A DNA stretch of 63,580 nt, counting the filler, from Thraustochytrium aureum (lineage: Eukaryota), in NCBI GenBank assembly GCA_012862495.1. It is 5 parts of 3 records of this genome, joined end to end, with 100 filler letters (N's around TTAATTAATTAA, not from the genome) between each part and the next. Parts side by side here need not be neighbours in the genome. Positions count along the whole stretch, not along the records: positions 7,200 to 37,946 come from BLSG01000242.1; positions 38,047 to 58,763 come from BLSG01000242.1; 3 more parts are not named here. One strand, given 5' to 3'. Below are positions 31,841-41,537 of the stretch, piece by piece. Made by a program: the position numbers and the translations under genes. Position 1 is the first letter of the stretch. Each line of letters starts with the position of its first letter. Under the pieces are notes generated by a model that did not search any database, was not told the origin of the DNA, and saw nothing but the letters and a program-made list of their open reading frames with translations.

Positions 31841-34800
31841 ATGGAGCAAGGCGCTCGAGCACCGCAACGGGGGTTGGAACGTGATGGGGAGGAAGAGTCG
31901 ATGGAGGTCTCGAGCGATAGCGGAAGCAGGAGCTCCGCTGAGGCCAGTGGAACAAGCGGGAGCAGATCAGACAGTAGCGGGGAGCTCGGGCTGACGGCGA
32001 GCCTGGAGCATCTCCACGGTCTGCTCCTGGAGGACTCGTTCCTTGGGGACGAGGCCACGACCGAAGCAATTGCCGGCAGAAGCGGCGACCTGGGCGCTTT
32101 CGAGCGCAATGGAACCGAATCGTTGCTCCCGCTGTCTGGCGAAAACGCCGCCTCCAACGCCTCCAACGGCGCGGCACCGGCGAAAGCTCGCGTTGCGATC
32201 GAGTCGAGCGATGCTGATGAATCGGTTTACAAGGAGCTGCAAGCCGAGGGCAGCAGTGTGTCCCACTCAGTCCAAGGCGAAGCGCCCGCCTATGCAACCC
32301 CGCTTGCCAAGCTCGGCGGACGCGAGAACGCCTTCGGCGAAGGCAGCTCTCTCAGCGGCCCCAAATCCCAGGAAAGCTTGCCAAGAGCGGTCCGTGACCC
32401 AGAACAAGGGTCAATGTTGGGCATGTTCGATGAGAGCGCGCGGCCTCATTTGCGCCACAGCCGCAGGACAGAGCCCTTGAGCGCAGGCCTCGAGGCGGAG
32501 ATGGACTTTGGTGACTGGGAGCACACCCTCGCAAATTCACCACCACCACCGCAAAGCGAGCCCGTCGAATGGGAGCACACTGGGTTCGAAGAGCTCGAGC
32601 TTGCTGCATCCAGCCGACTTGTCCACACAGCCCGCGCCTCAGACACGCTGCCCGGGTTCGAAGAGCTCGAGCTTGCTGCATCCAGCCGACTCGTACACTC
32701 CACTCGTGCCTCGCTCGAGGCAAACGCCACAAATTCATTCGATTCCATTGGGTCGTTGGCAGCGCGCACCAGGGACTTGGACTGCCTGGGGGGCGACTCG
32801 GTCTTTGTCCGCCGCGAAATGGACATCTCTCTCCTGTTTCGCGACAAACATGGGCGCGCATCGGAAGACGCGGGCCACGACGAGGCCAACGGCGCTGAAG
32901 CCAGATTTGTGTCCGCACAAGAGTCATCATCCGCGGACCTCCCAGCAATACCCGTGGTAGCCCGCTCTGTGCAAGCGTCTGACGCAGAGCATGGTGCGCA
33001 GGACAAGGCGGCGCTTGCGTTTTTGGAGGCTCGGTGCAGAGCTCTCGAGCGCCAACTGGAGGAAGCAAAACAAGCTGCTCTCGAGCCGGCTGGGATACTC
33101 CCCACCGAGGCGTACGGGCAGGAAACGCGTGCTGCGCCTGCGGAGACCTTTGAGCCCGACGTTGAACGTACCAATGCAGTCGGCCATAGCCAGCGCCCCC
33201 CACTTGGTCAACAAAGCGACAGCAAAACCACACAACCGACAGAAGTCTCCGCCGATACCAGTTTGGAGGCAAAGCTTCGGTTTATGGAGTCCGAGTTCGC
33301 GGAGGCGATGACGCAGGTGCACAGTTTGTCGCAGGAGCGGGACAGGCTAGTGGCGGCGGCTGCCACGCAGCAGCGAGTTGTGCCAGACGAAGCCGCAGAG
33401 GCGGCGATTGCCGCGAAAGACACCGAGATCGCAGAGCTCCACACGCGCCTCGCAATGCAGGATCGCGCGATCCTTGACCTGGAGCGTTTGCACAAGCAAG
33501 CCGCAGAAAACCTCGCAACGGCGGCTGCGGAAAACCACGCGCTGCGCGAGCAGCTCGAGGACCAAGCCAAGCTCTCGCGGAGAGCGGATCGGCTGGAGAC
33601 AGATCTTGAGGAGTCGCGTGCAACCTGCAAGCGCATGGAAGCGCAAATTCTGCAAATGGGATGGCTACAGAACAACTCCCCGCCACAGCTTCAAGCACAG
33701 TCGAGCCAAGAGCCCACCAGCGCTTTTGCATCTCCAGCNNNNNNNNNNNNNNNNNNNNNNNNNNNNNNNNNNNNNNNNNNNNNNNNNNNNNNNNNNNNNN
33801 NNNNNNNNNNNNNNNNNNNNNNNNNNNNNNNNNNNNNNNNNNNNNNNNNNNNNNNNNNNNNNNNNNNNNNNNNNNNNNNNNNNNNNNNNCAACCTGAACG
33901 CAGGTCTTTGGATCGCGATCCCCACATGGTGGCGCACCATAGCCCATCCGATAGCCGGTCTCCCGGGCCGGCGTTCGCCGCGGTTCCACGCAGCTTGGCT
34001 AGCGTGGCGTTCATCGAAGCGCCTTCGCAGGATGACCAGCAAGCGACAGCGGCACTTGAGCAAGAGCAAGAGGTCATCCGAAGGCTCCAGGAGGAGCGCA
34101 TCCGCTTGCGGAGCGCTCAAGACCGGATCCGATCCGCCAGCGCACAGTCCTCCCGCTCCCTCGAGTTTGCGATTGGCGAGCTTCGCGCTCTGGAAGCCGC
34201 TCGTCAACGAGCCGAGGAGCGCGCCGCTCGCCTCGAGGAACAGGTGGAGCGCTCGCAGCGGGACATGGTACTCTTACAGTCTCTCGCGGTTCCAGACGGC
34301 GGCTCGCGATCGATCACATACTCGGACGACCCCGAGCCTAGCCCAGTTGCTCCTGCACATTCCCAACCCCAGGCGAGGCAATCGCAAAATGTCGAAAGTC
34401 GACGCGACTCCATGGAGGGCTGGGAAGCGCATCGTCGTGACGTTGCTGCAAACCAGGCTAGGAATCTTGGCGATGCATGGCCAAGCGTGGAGCGCCAAGG
34501 CCAGGTGCAGCATGCAGAAGGAGCTTGGCCGAGCATGGATCGCCCAGGACTCGTCAAAGAGTCTTGGCCCAGAGGCGAAAATGCCGGTTCCGCCGAGGCG
34601 GCGCCTCCTCGGCAAGCACCCGTCGCCTCTCTGGCCCCGCCTTTTGAGCGCGCCTCCTGGGAGGCGTCGCGCGGCACTCGAGGAGAGGAGGTGAGCCTTC
34701 AACGGCGATCGAGGTCGCGAGGGCGCGAAAACGAGAGCCAATGGTCGTTTGCTGATATGTTTCCTCAAGAGCGTGACGAGGTGGAGGCCAAGGCTCCTGG

Positions 34801-35179
34801 GAGGCCCGAGCTGAGGGTTGCGGACAGGCGCGACTCGCGCTCTACTCGAGAAGTCGCCGCGCTGGCGCCGAGTGTGAGCCGCGCGAATGCCGGGGATCCT
34901 TCTGGCGCAGACTGGGCAAGCTCGCGAGATTCGCTCGCGCCATACGCCACAGAGGCTAGCTCGCGCGATTTTCACAACGGGTTTTCGCTGTTAGAGCGCA
35001 AGTTGATGATGATCAATATGGAGCGGGAGAAGTGCGAGGCGGACTTTGCTCGCCTCGCAAACCGCGGCGTCAAGACCAAGGAGGCGCTAGACCGCAAGGT
35101 TTACTTGGAGAACCGACTCGAGGAATTGCACCAGGAAGCTAGCAATGTGCGGATCGCGCTGAAGCGCGCGCCAAAGTAG
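31841..35179 (+). CDS. Large acidic coiled-coil protein with an MPHOSPH9-like C-terminal helical domain; gap 33739-33889
   Basis: About 1100 aa with heptad-rich segments. The C-terminus LERKLMMINMEREKCEADFARL...KVYLENRLEELHQEASNVRIALK resembles the MPHOSPH9 C-terminus (recalled similarity). There is an internal 72-bp duplication at 32582/32654. Confidence 0.65.
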   Translation: MEQGARAPQRGLERDGEEESMEVSSDSGSRSSAEASGTSGSRSDSSGELGLTASLEHLHGLLLEDSFLGDEATTEAIAGRSGDLGAFERNGTESLLPLSGENAASNASNGAAPAKARVAIESSDADESVYKELQAEGSSVSHSVQGEAPAYATPLAKLGGRENAFGEGSSLSGPKSQESLPRAVRDPEQGSMLGMFDESARPHLRHSRRTEPLSAGLEAEMDFGDWEHTLANSPPPPQSEPVEWEHTGFEELELAASSRLVHTARASDTLPGFEELELAASSRLVHSTRASLEANATNSFDSIGSLAARTRDLDCLGGDSVFVRREMDISLLFRDKHGRASEDAGHDEANGAEARFVSAQESSSADLPAIPVVARSVQASDAEHGAQDKAALAFLEARCRALERQLEEAKQAALEPAGILPTEAYGQETRAAPAETFEPDVERTNAVGHSQRPPLGQQSDSKTTQPTEVSADTSLEAKLRFMESEFAEAMTQVHSLSQERDRLVAAAATQQRVVPDEAAEAAIAAKDTEIAELHTRLAMQDRAILDLERLHKQAAENLATAAAENHALREQLEDQAKLSRRADRLETDLEESRATCKRMEAQILQMGWLQNNSPPQLQAQSSQEPTSAFASPXXXXXXXXXXXXXXXXXXXXXXXXXXXXXXXXXXXXXXXXXXXXXXXXXXXQPERRSLDRDPHMVAHHSPSDSRSPGPAFAAVPRSLASVAFIEAPSQDDQQATAALEQEQEVIRRLQEERIRLRSAQDRIRSASAQSSRSLEFAIGELRALEAARQRAEERAARLEEQVERSQRDMVLLQSLAVPDGGSRSITYSDDPEPSPVAPAHSQPQARQSQNVESRRDSMEGWEAHRRDVAANQARNLGDAWPSVERQGQVQHAEGAWPSMDRPGLVKESWPRGENAGSAEAAPPRQAPVASLAPPFERASWEASRGTRGEEVSLQRRSRSRGRENESQWSFADMFPQERDEVEAKAPGRPELRVADRRDSRSTREVAALAPSVSRANAGDPSGADWASSRDSLAPYATEASSRDFHNGFSLLERKLMMINMEREKCEADFARLANRGVKTKEALDRKVYLENRLEELHQEASNVRIALKRAPK

Positions 35180-35432
35180 CGCGCCCGAGTCGGCAGGATT
35201 TGCTGTGAACGGACAGAGCCTGGCACGGAGCGAGTTGGCGACGGGCGCTTGCTCTTCCACAAATAGGCCTGCCCGAGGCAAACCCGTGCAAAGCAAGCAT
35301 TCCATAGTTTAAAAAGATTTAAACGATTACCAAGACGGGGAGGCAGGTCGCCTCGGAGCTGTTTCGAGACGTCTTTGCAAATCGCGAGAGTCAGCCTTTG
35401 CCGCACCCGTGCTGGCGATATTCGCGGCCGGC

Positions 35433-36034
35433 TCAGGCCCAGCCGAGTGAGCGGCGTACACACTCGTCCGCTTTTCGGTTGAACGCCTCGCGGTCTGTGC
35501 GCCACATTTTCGCAGCGTCTATATTGGCGGGGCTCTCATCGTTGGGCTCGGCGAGCATACTGATCACCGAAATGATTATCTTTTCGATTGACTGAACGGG
35601 CGACCACCGCTCGCAGCTCTGCTCGTACCCGAACTTGTCCTCCACGGGCGGGTGAAGGATGGAAATACATACCGTTCCGTCGGGGTAGATGTTTGGGTGC
35701 CACAGTGGGGACGTGAACTTCATTACGGGCGGGTTGAGCGGGTAGTCTTTTGGGAACGAGAGTGTGCAGTGGAAGCAGCCCCCGTGTACCTGCGCGTTGC
35801 AAAGGCAGACAAACGTAAGCGCGAGCCGTCACCTCGACGATCGTGTTATTGCACACTGGCGCGCGGCCCGCCACTGCGCGCGCGACCAACTCACGGTGTA
35901 CACTCTGGGCCAGCGAACAAGCACTCCCACTCCAGCAGATTGTCCTCGTCGACAGGCCCCGCCGCGACGCCTTGCGGGGGCCTCAGCGACAGCTCCTTGT
36001 ACTCCAGCAAGAGCCTCTTCATCGAGATCGCCAT
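35433..36034 (-). CDS. UBC7: Ubiquitin-conjugating enzyme E2 G (Ubc7/UBE2G2-type); intron 35790-35894; 1-nt frameshift at 35779-35783
   Basis: Exon 1 reads MKRLLLEYKEL...GPVDEDNLLEWECLFAGPECTP. Exon 2 reads FPKDYPLNPPVMKF...HPNIYPDGTVCISILH with the Ubc7 acidic loop PPVEDKFGYEQSCERWSPVQS. Confidence 0.95.
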
Positions 36035-36140
36035 CCCTGCGAGGCCCAGCAAGCCCGCAGGCCAGCTTCCCACTCGGCGCGGCTTCCGTGCAACCAGCCA
36101 GCCGAGCGTAGAGCCTACCAATGCCTCGTCGCCCTTCGCG

Positions 36141-36193
36141 TCTGCCTGCCTGCGTGCCTGCCTGCGTGCCTGCCTGCGTGCCTGTCTGCCTGC
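36141..36193. repeat. (TGCC/TGCG)n 12-bp-period simple repeat upstream of UBC7
   Basis: tgcctgcctgcg is tandemly repeated. Confidence 0.85.
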
Positions 36194-36476
36194 GAGCGTG
36201 CTTGCGCGCACCTTCGATACTGGCCGTGTGTCCGAGACTCGCGTCTCACACGTTACCGGTAGTAGTGGAAGAACTTGAGAAAGGACATGCCCGAGGTGTT
36301 CGTTCCACAAGGCAGGTCAACTGCGCACAGAGCTCAGGTTTCCACGCGTCAAGCAAGCCGAGGCTGGCACGCTGGAATATTGAGGCGCAGCAAGTAAGGA
36401 AGCAACCAAAGCGGGCTCCTGGACAGGTGAGCTCGGCAAGTCATGATGTGCGACCAGGTTTCCGGCCTTTTTCAAA

Positions 36477-37727
36477 CTAATTGTTTCCTTGATTGACAGC
36501 CTGCGACAGCTCGTAGGCAACCATATCGTAGTACGGCTGCGGGTAATGAGTCCCGTCGGGCACCGTCGCAGGCTGGTACTGATCGTCTACGAGGGACAGT
36601 GCGCGGCCGTCCACCACGCACGTGATCCCTTCGTCTCGGAGCACTCTTTCCTGCATCTCGTTCATCGGCTTCTGCAGAGGGCTGCCCGTCTTCCAGATCT
36701 TGGGAAACAGCGCGACGCACAGCCGTGTCTTCGGCAGCTCCTTCTTGAACAGGCGCACAAAGTTTCGCATGTTGACCGCAAACGATGTCGCATTCTGGCT
36801 CTTTGCAACGTACTCTATGTCGTGCGCCCCGAAGGAAATATACACAAGGTCTGGCCCGTTGCCGTCGCGGGACAAGTAGTCCATGACGTACAGTTGCGTT
36901 GTGGCGTGCGAGGCGTCCTGCAGCATATGGTCCTTGGCGAACTCAACCCCGAGGATCTCAAGGGTCAGGTCCTGGTACTGGAATTGTGCGGTCATGCAGC
37001 CAGAGCAATCCATACAGCCAGGGTGCTCGAGGCCGAAAGCCATTGGCCCAGCGTCTGGGGAAACCACTCCTTGGAACGTGCCTTTAAAGTTCTTGTCGTA
37101 GAACGTGCCAGGACAGCGCGAGGCGCTCTTGAGCTGAGTCCAATTTGAAATTCCTGACGCCATGGACTTGATCGAGATCAGAAGCCGGTTAGCCATGGAA
37201 TCGCCGACGAGAGCGACACGGCGGTACCTGGGCTTGCGAAATAGCATCTCCGTTGTGTTCAAGCCGTCCAGAAACCCTTGCGGGCAGTTGGTCAAAAACT
37301 TGTCCTTCGAGAACCACGTCACGTTGGTCAGCCGACAGACCGAGGACTTGGCCTCTGAGGAGCCACCGCTGGCCGGAGCGCCAACGTTGCCTGCGGCCAA
37401 GAGCTGCTCCACCTTCTCCAGCACCTCGTTCGCATTCGGCAAAGTCCTGTTTACGTTGCCCAAGGCCAAAGCGACAAGCTCCTCGCAGGATAGATCCCCT
37501 AGCTCACGATGCTGGCCCTTGTCGGCAACCAACACGTCCACGAGCTCGGCGCGGGACAGGGACTCCCTGCCAACCTCCCCCAGCACGGCCATAATCGCGA
37601 GCGAGCAGTCCAACGGCGCTGAGGCATTGCCCAGCAGAGTCAGGTTGCCGAAATCTCCATTCAGCGCGAAGATCGCTGCTGCCAGCGCCAGCGCCCCGAG
37701 GCCAATCGCGACGCGCATCGAGCTCAT
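36477..37727 (-). CDS. Type II membrane SGNH/PC-esterase-like (GDS...DxxH) acyl-esterase or acyltransferase
   Basis: An N-terminal TM segment (VAIGLGALALAAAIFAL), block I VALVGDS, DLVYISFGAHD, and the terminal PDGTHY (DxxH). Confidence 0.75.
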   Translation of the reverse strand: MSSMRVAIGLGALALAAAIFALNGDFGNLTLLGNASAPLDCSLAIMAVLGEVGRESLSRAELVDVLVADKGQHRELGDLSCEELVALALGNVNRTLPNANEVLEKVEQLLAAGNVGAPASGGSSEAKSSVCRLTNVTWFSKDKFLTNCPQGFLDGLNTTEMLFRKPRYRRVALVGDSMANRLLISIKSMASGISNWTQLKSASRCPGTFYDKNFKGTFQGVVSPDAGPMAFGLEHPGCMDCSGCMTAQFQYQDLTLEILGVEFAKDHMLQDASHATTQLYVMDYLSRDGNGPDLVYISFGAHDIEYVAKSQNATSFAVNMRNFVRLFKKELPKTRLCVALFPKIWKTGSPLQKPMNEMQERVLRDEGITCVVDGRALSLVDDQYQPATVPDGTHYPQPYYDMVAYELSQAVNQGNN

Positions 37728-37946
37728 TGTGTCAAAGGGCACTGGGACGCTGCGAGCCCAGCTACTCTTACAGGAGAGTGCGAATACAGTAACAGTAAGT
37801 ACACAGTTCAAGTTTACAAGTGAAGTAAAAGCCACTGATCACACGGTGTCGTTCCTTGTTCGCGGTAGCGATTTGTCCGTTGGCGAAAGAAGAGGAAAAG
37901 TGAGCGATGGACGGAGAGGTCGCGGACAGACCAAGGGCGCATTGCA

Positions 37947-38046
37947 NNNNNNNNNNNNNNNNNNNNNNNNNNNNNNNNNNNNNNNNNNNNTTAATTAATT
38001 AANNNNNNNNNNNNNNNNNNNNNNNNNNNNNNNNNNNNNNNNNNNN
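37947..38046. other. Artificial scaffold-joining spacer N44-TTAATTAATTAA-N44
   Basis: Identical to the spacer at 7100. Confidence 0.97.
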
Positions 38047-38121
38047 GTGAACAGTAATCCGAACGACATAATGCTCTTGGCCTGCGAGCTGCTCAACCAG
38101 ATGGGGAGAAGCCTCTCACCG

Positions 38122-38193
38122 TCCTCTGTAGTCCAATGGTTAGGATACCTCGCTCTCACCGAGGAGATCCGGGTTCAATTCCCGGCAGGGGAA
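38122..38193 (+). tRNA. trnE: tRNA-Glu(CTC), copy 1
   Basis: 72-nt cloverleaf: acceptor stem TCCTCTG/CAGGGGA, anticodon arm CCTCG-CTCTCAC-CGAGG, T-arm GGGTTCAATTCCC. A downstream T-run serves as terminator. Confidence 0.97.
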
Positions 38194-38347
38194 CTTGTTT
38201 TTTTTCGCCGGATGAACGGGTTTTCTGGGGTGGAACTGCTCGTGTGCTTTTTTTGACTGGTTGCGCGCTGGTGACATACCAGTACGGCAGAGTCGGCCGG
38301 TATCGCAGCAGAATAGCGGTTGAACAGCGATAAGCGAGCTGCGGCGG

Positions 38348-38419
38348 TCCTCTGTAGTCCAATGGTTAGGATACCTCGCTCTCACCGAGGAGATCCGGGT
38401 TCAATTCCCGGCAGGGGAA
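38348..38419 (+). tRNA. trnE: tRNA-Glu(CTC), copy 2
   Basis: Identical 72-nt sequence to copy 1. Confidence 0.97.
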
Positions 38420-38577
38420 GTTACTTGCCTTTTGCCAGATGAACCGGATTATGTGCAGAACTGCTCGTGTGCGTTTTTTTTCACTTTTCACTGGTGGCGG
38501 GGCGAGCACACTGGCAACAATACGCGCACGCCGATGATGCGCTCAACAGCGGTGGTTTAGCGACAAGCAAACCGCGC

Positions 38578-38649
38578 TCCTCTGTAGTCCAATGGTTAGG
38601 ATACCTCGCTCTCACCGAGGAGATCCGGGTTCAATTCCCGGCAGGGGAA
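38578..38649 (+). tRNA. trnE: tRNA-Glu(CTC), copy 3
   Basis: Identical 72-nt sequence to copy 1. Confidence 0.97.
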
Positions 38650-38813
38650 TCGATTCTGTTTTGCCGCATTGGCCGTCAGCTTCACTTTTCTTTTCATATG
38701 AATGAATGCATCAAAACCTGTTCTGCAGTGAAACGATCAACGGACGAGGGCCAGTGATGGTAGTACTCGCTCGAGTACACCATCGCGCGGGCCGAAAGCT
38801 TTAGCTTTTAAAA

Positions 38814-39697
38814 TCATGACTCGAACGGCGGCCGCGGGGGTGCAGACGCTCCCGACATTCGTGCGTGCACCGCCAGCGCCAGTTCTCGCGACCCAGCAGC
38901 AAGAATGTCGCGCCCCTCCCAGTTGACCGGCCCGGTGGAAGTCGGGTCCATGCAAACGCCTCCCGCCTCCTCGACCAAGAGCGACCCGCCCGCGAAGTCC
39001 CACAGGTACGGGCCAGAGCGCTCAACGTATGCGTCAGCTCTGCCGGCTGCTACGTACGCGAGGCCCAAACCGCAGCCTCCTGTGATGCGGACCCCGCGCA
39101 CGCCTCCATCTAGGAACAGCGACCGCTGGAGCGACGAAAGGCCTCGACGCCCTCCGGCTCGCGGCACGCGCCGTTGTCCGTGTGGACGATCGCCTTGGAG
39201 ACCTCCACTTCGCCAGAGACCGCCAGCCGCAACGGGTTGGCCCCGCCAGCCCGCTCCAGCCACGCGCCGCCGCCACACCAAGTGTAGAAGAGCTCGTCGT
39301 GGATCGGGTCAAACACCACTGAGGCGTCGACGCGGCGCTCGTTCATGAAAGCTATCAGTACCGAGCAACTGAGCAGGGTGTGGACAAAGTTGGTCGTCCC
39401 GTCGATCGGGTCGATCACAAAGGTTCTGGCCGCTGTTAGCTCAAAGCTCCCGCTCTCGGCCGTGGCTTCCTCCCCGATTATCTTGTAGCTAGGGAAGGCA
39501 GACCGCAGGTGAGTCGAGACGAGCTCTTCGCACCGCCTGTCCGTCTCCGTTTGGATGTCCGCCGAGTTGGACTTTGTCACCATGGCCGGGCCCTGCGACG
39601 CGCCAGCGCCCCGAGAGTCCCAGCTCGCTCGGATCTCCGCTCCAGCGAGCTTGGCCGCGTCAACCATCGCGACCAGCTCCTTGGGCCAGTGCTCCAT
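38814..39697 (-). CDS. Inositol monophosphatase family protein; 1-nt frameshift at 39137-39139
   Basis: Motifs: DIQTETDRRCEE, IIGEE, FVIDPIDGTTNFVH, LAYVAAGRADAY and WDFAGGSLLVEEAGG. Adding one T joins ORFs 39110+ and 38814+ (AFSSLQRSLFLD). Confidence 0.95.
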
Positions 39698-40316
39698 CCT
39701 GGCTTTCTCTACTAGANNNNNNNNNNNNNNNNNNNNNNNNNNNNNNNNNNNNNNNNNNNNNNNNNNNNNNNNNNNNNNNNNNNNNNNNNNNNNNNNNNNN
39801 NNNNNNNNNNNNNNNNNNNNNNNNNNNNNNNNNNNNNNNNNNNNNNNNNNNNNNNNNNNNNNNNNNNNNNNNNNNNNNNNNNNNNNNNNNNNNNNNNNNN
39901 NNNNNNNNNNNNNNNNNNNNNNNNNNNNNNNNNNNNNNNNNNNNNNNNNNNNNNNNNNNNNNNNNNNNNNNNNNNNNNNNNNNNNNNNNNNNNNNNNNNN
40001 NNNNNNNNNNNNNNNNNNNNNNNNNNNNNNNNNNNNNNNNNNNNNNNNNNNNNNNNNNNNNNNNNNNNNNNNNNNNNNNNNNNNNNNNNNNNNNNNNNNN
40101 NNNNNNNNNNNNNNNNNNNNNNNNNNNNNNNNNNNNNNNNNNNNNNNNNNNNNNNNNNNNNNNNNNNNNNNNNNNNNNNNNNNNNNNNNNNNNNNNNNNN
40201 NNNNNNNNNNNNNNNNNNNNNNNNNNNNNNNNNNNNNNNNNNNNNNNNNNNNNNNNNNNNNNNNNNNNNNNNNNNNNNNNNNNNNNNNNNNNNNNNNNNN
40301 NNNNNNNNNNNNNNNN

Positions 40317-40826
40317 GAGAAGCACAAGGCCAACTTTGGGCTTTCCGGCGCGCTGAGCCAGGACAAGGGGACGGGCAAGGTCTACAATGGCGTGGTGCTC
40401 AAGTGGTCCGAGCCGGCAGACGCAGCCACACCGAGCGGGCCAGGCTGGCGCCTGTATGTGTTTAAGGGCAAAGATCTCGCTGAGACGCTGCATGTGCACA
40501 GGCAGAGCGCGTACCTGATTGGGCGCGACGCCAAGGTTTGCGACATTCTCACGGACCACCCCTCCACGAGCAAGCAGCACGCCGTGCTGCAGTTCCGCCT
40601 CAAGACGAAACCGCCGCCGTCTGGCTCGCTCGACCCGCCGCGCCGTTTCATCCGGCCCTACCTGATCGACCTTGAGAGCACCAACGGGACGTTCTTGAAC
40701 GGTCGCCGCTTGGACGCGTCCCGCTACGTCGAGCTCCTCGAAAAGGACGTCGTCCGTTTCGGCGAGTGCTCTCGCGAGTACGTCGTCGTCAAGGCTGGCT
40801 CAACACCTGCCGGCAACGTCACCTAA
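40317..40826 (+). CDS. SNIP1: FHA-domain protein SNIP1/DAWDLE/Pml1; 5' part in gap
   Basis: Motifs: ANFGLSGAL, VVLKWSEP, WRLYVFKG, HRQSAYLIGRD, DHPSTSKQHAVLQFR, PYLIDLESTNGTFLNG and RYVELLEKDVVRFG.SREYV. Confidence 0.95.
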   Translation, partial: EKHKANFGLSGALSQDKGTGKVYNGVVLKWSEPADAATPSGPGWRLYVFKGKDLAETLHVHRQSAYLIGRDAKVCDILTDHPSTSKQHAVLQFRLKTKPPPSGSLDPPRRFIRPYLIDLESTNGTFLNGRRLDASRYVELLEKDVVRFGECSREYVVVKAGSTPAGNVT

Positions 40827-41088
40827 TCAATCCACTTGCTGGTGTGCGGGCGAGAGAAACGAACACCAGCTGCCAGCCAAGTCGAGAAACCCAACCTCCT
40901 GACAGAACCAAAGCGAAACCCAAACGATTTGTAACGAAACGGAGCCTTTGCAGCCGAGATGCACAGTGTACCGGCCGCTTCTGGCAGAGTAGATAGTAGG
41001 TATTACCCGCTCGTGCAGCAAGCAGTCCGCGACCGAGCGGCTCGCTCGTGCTGACACGCAGAAGACAAAAAAAAAGCGCAAAAGAAAG

Positions 41089-41161
41089 TTCCCCTGCCGG
41101 GGAATTGAACCCGGATCCCCTCGGTGAGAGCGAGGTATCCTAACCATTGGACTACAGAGGA
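41089..41161 (-). tRNA. trnE: tRNA-Glu(CTC), copy 4 (variant with an extra C in the T-stem and A>G in the variable loop)
   Basis: Reverse complement of the same tRNA, 73 nt. A T-rich terminator follows (A-run on the + strand). Confidence 0.9.
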
Positions 41162-41272
41162 TCCCCGAGCCGGAATCTTTCACCATTTGATATTGATATC
41201 CAGGAGGTGCGGACAATAGGTACATTGCTTTTTGGTGCAGAATGCAAAGAAGAACAAAAGAGCAAAAGAGAA

Positions 41273-41344
41273 TTCCCCTGCCGGGAATTGAACCCGGATC
41301 TCCTCGGTGAGAGCGAGGTATCCTAACCATTGGACTACAGAGGA
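41273..41344 (-). tRNA. trnE: tRNA-Glu(CTC), copy 5
   Basis: Exact reverse complement of copy 1. Confidence 0.97.
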
Positions 41345-41481
41345 TTGAGCTTCCCCACGGTGATGAAGGCTCAGAAGTGCAAGGAATAGTTGTTTCAATT
41401 CCCAACGTTTCATGCGTCAGTCCGTCACTCGAGTTTTTGGATGCTCAGGCTGGAGCGACAACAGAAGCCACACCGCCCTGT

Positions 41482-41523
41482 ACGCACGGCACTGCACGCA
41501 CGGCACTGCACGCACGGCACTGC
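41482..41523. repeat. 14-bp tandem repeat ACGCACGGCACTGC x3 just upstream of the hydrolase ATG
   Basis: Units start at 41482, 41496 and 41510. Confidence 0.9.
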
Positions 41524-41537
41524 CCTGCTGCTCGACG

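Noticed and set aside
38122..38649. Three identical 72-bp repeats with ~155-bp spacers as a CRISPR or SINE array; small ORFs MVRIPRSHRGDPG
   Set aside because: The repeats fold as complete tRNA-Glu(CTC) genes, and the ORFs are just translations of tRNA sequence.
18325..39697. Pseudogene calls for UPF2, SNAPC3, UBC7 and IMPase
   Set aside because: Each is repaired by single-base changes at homopolymers and shows no other decay, so sequencing error is more likely.
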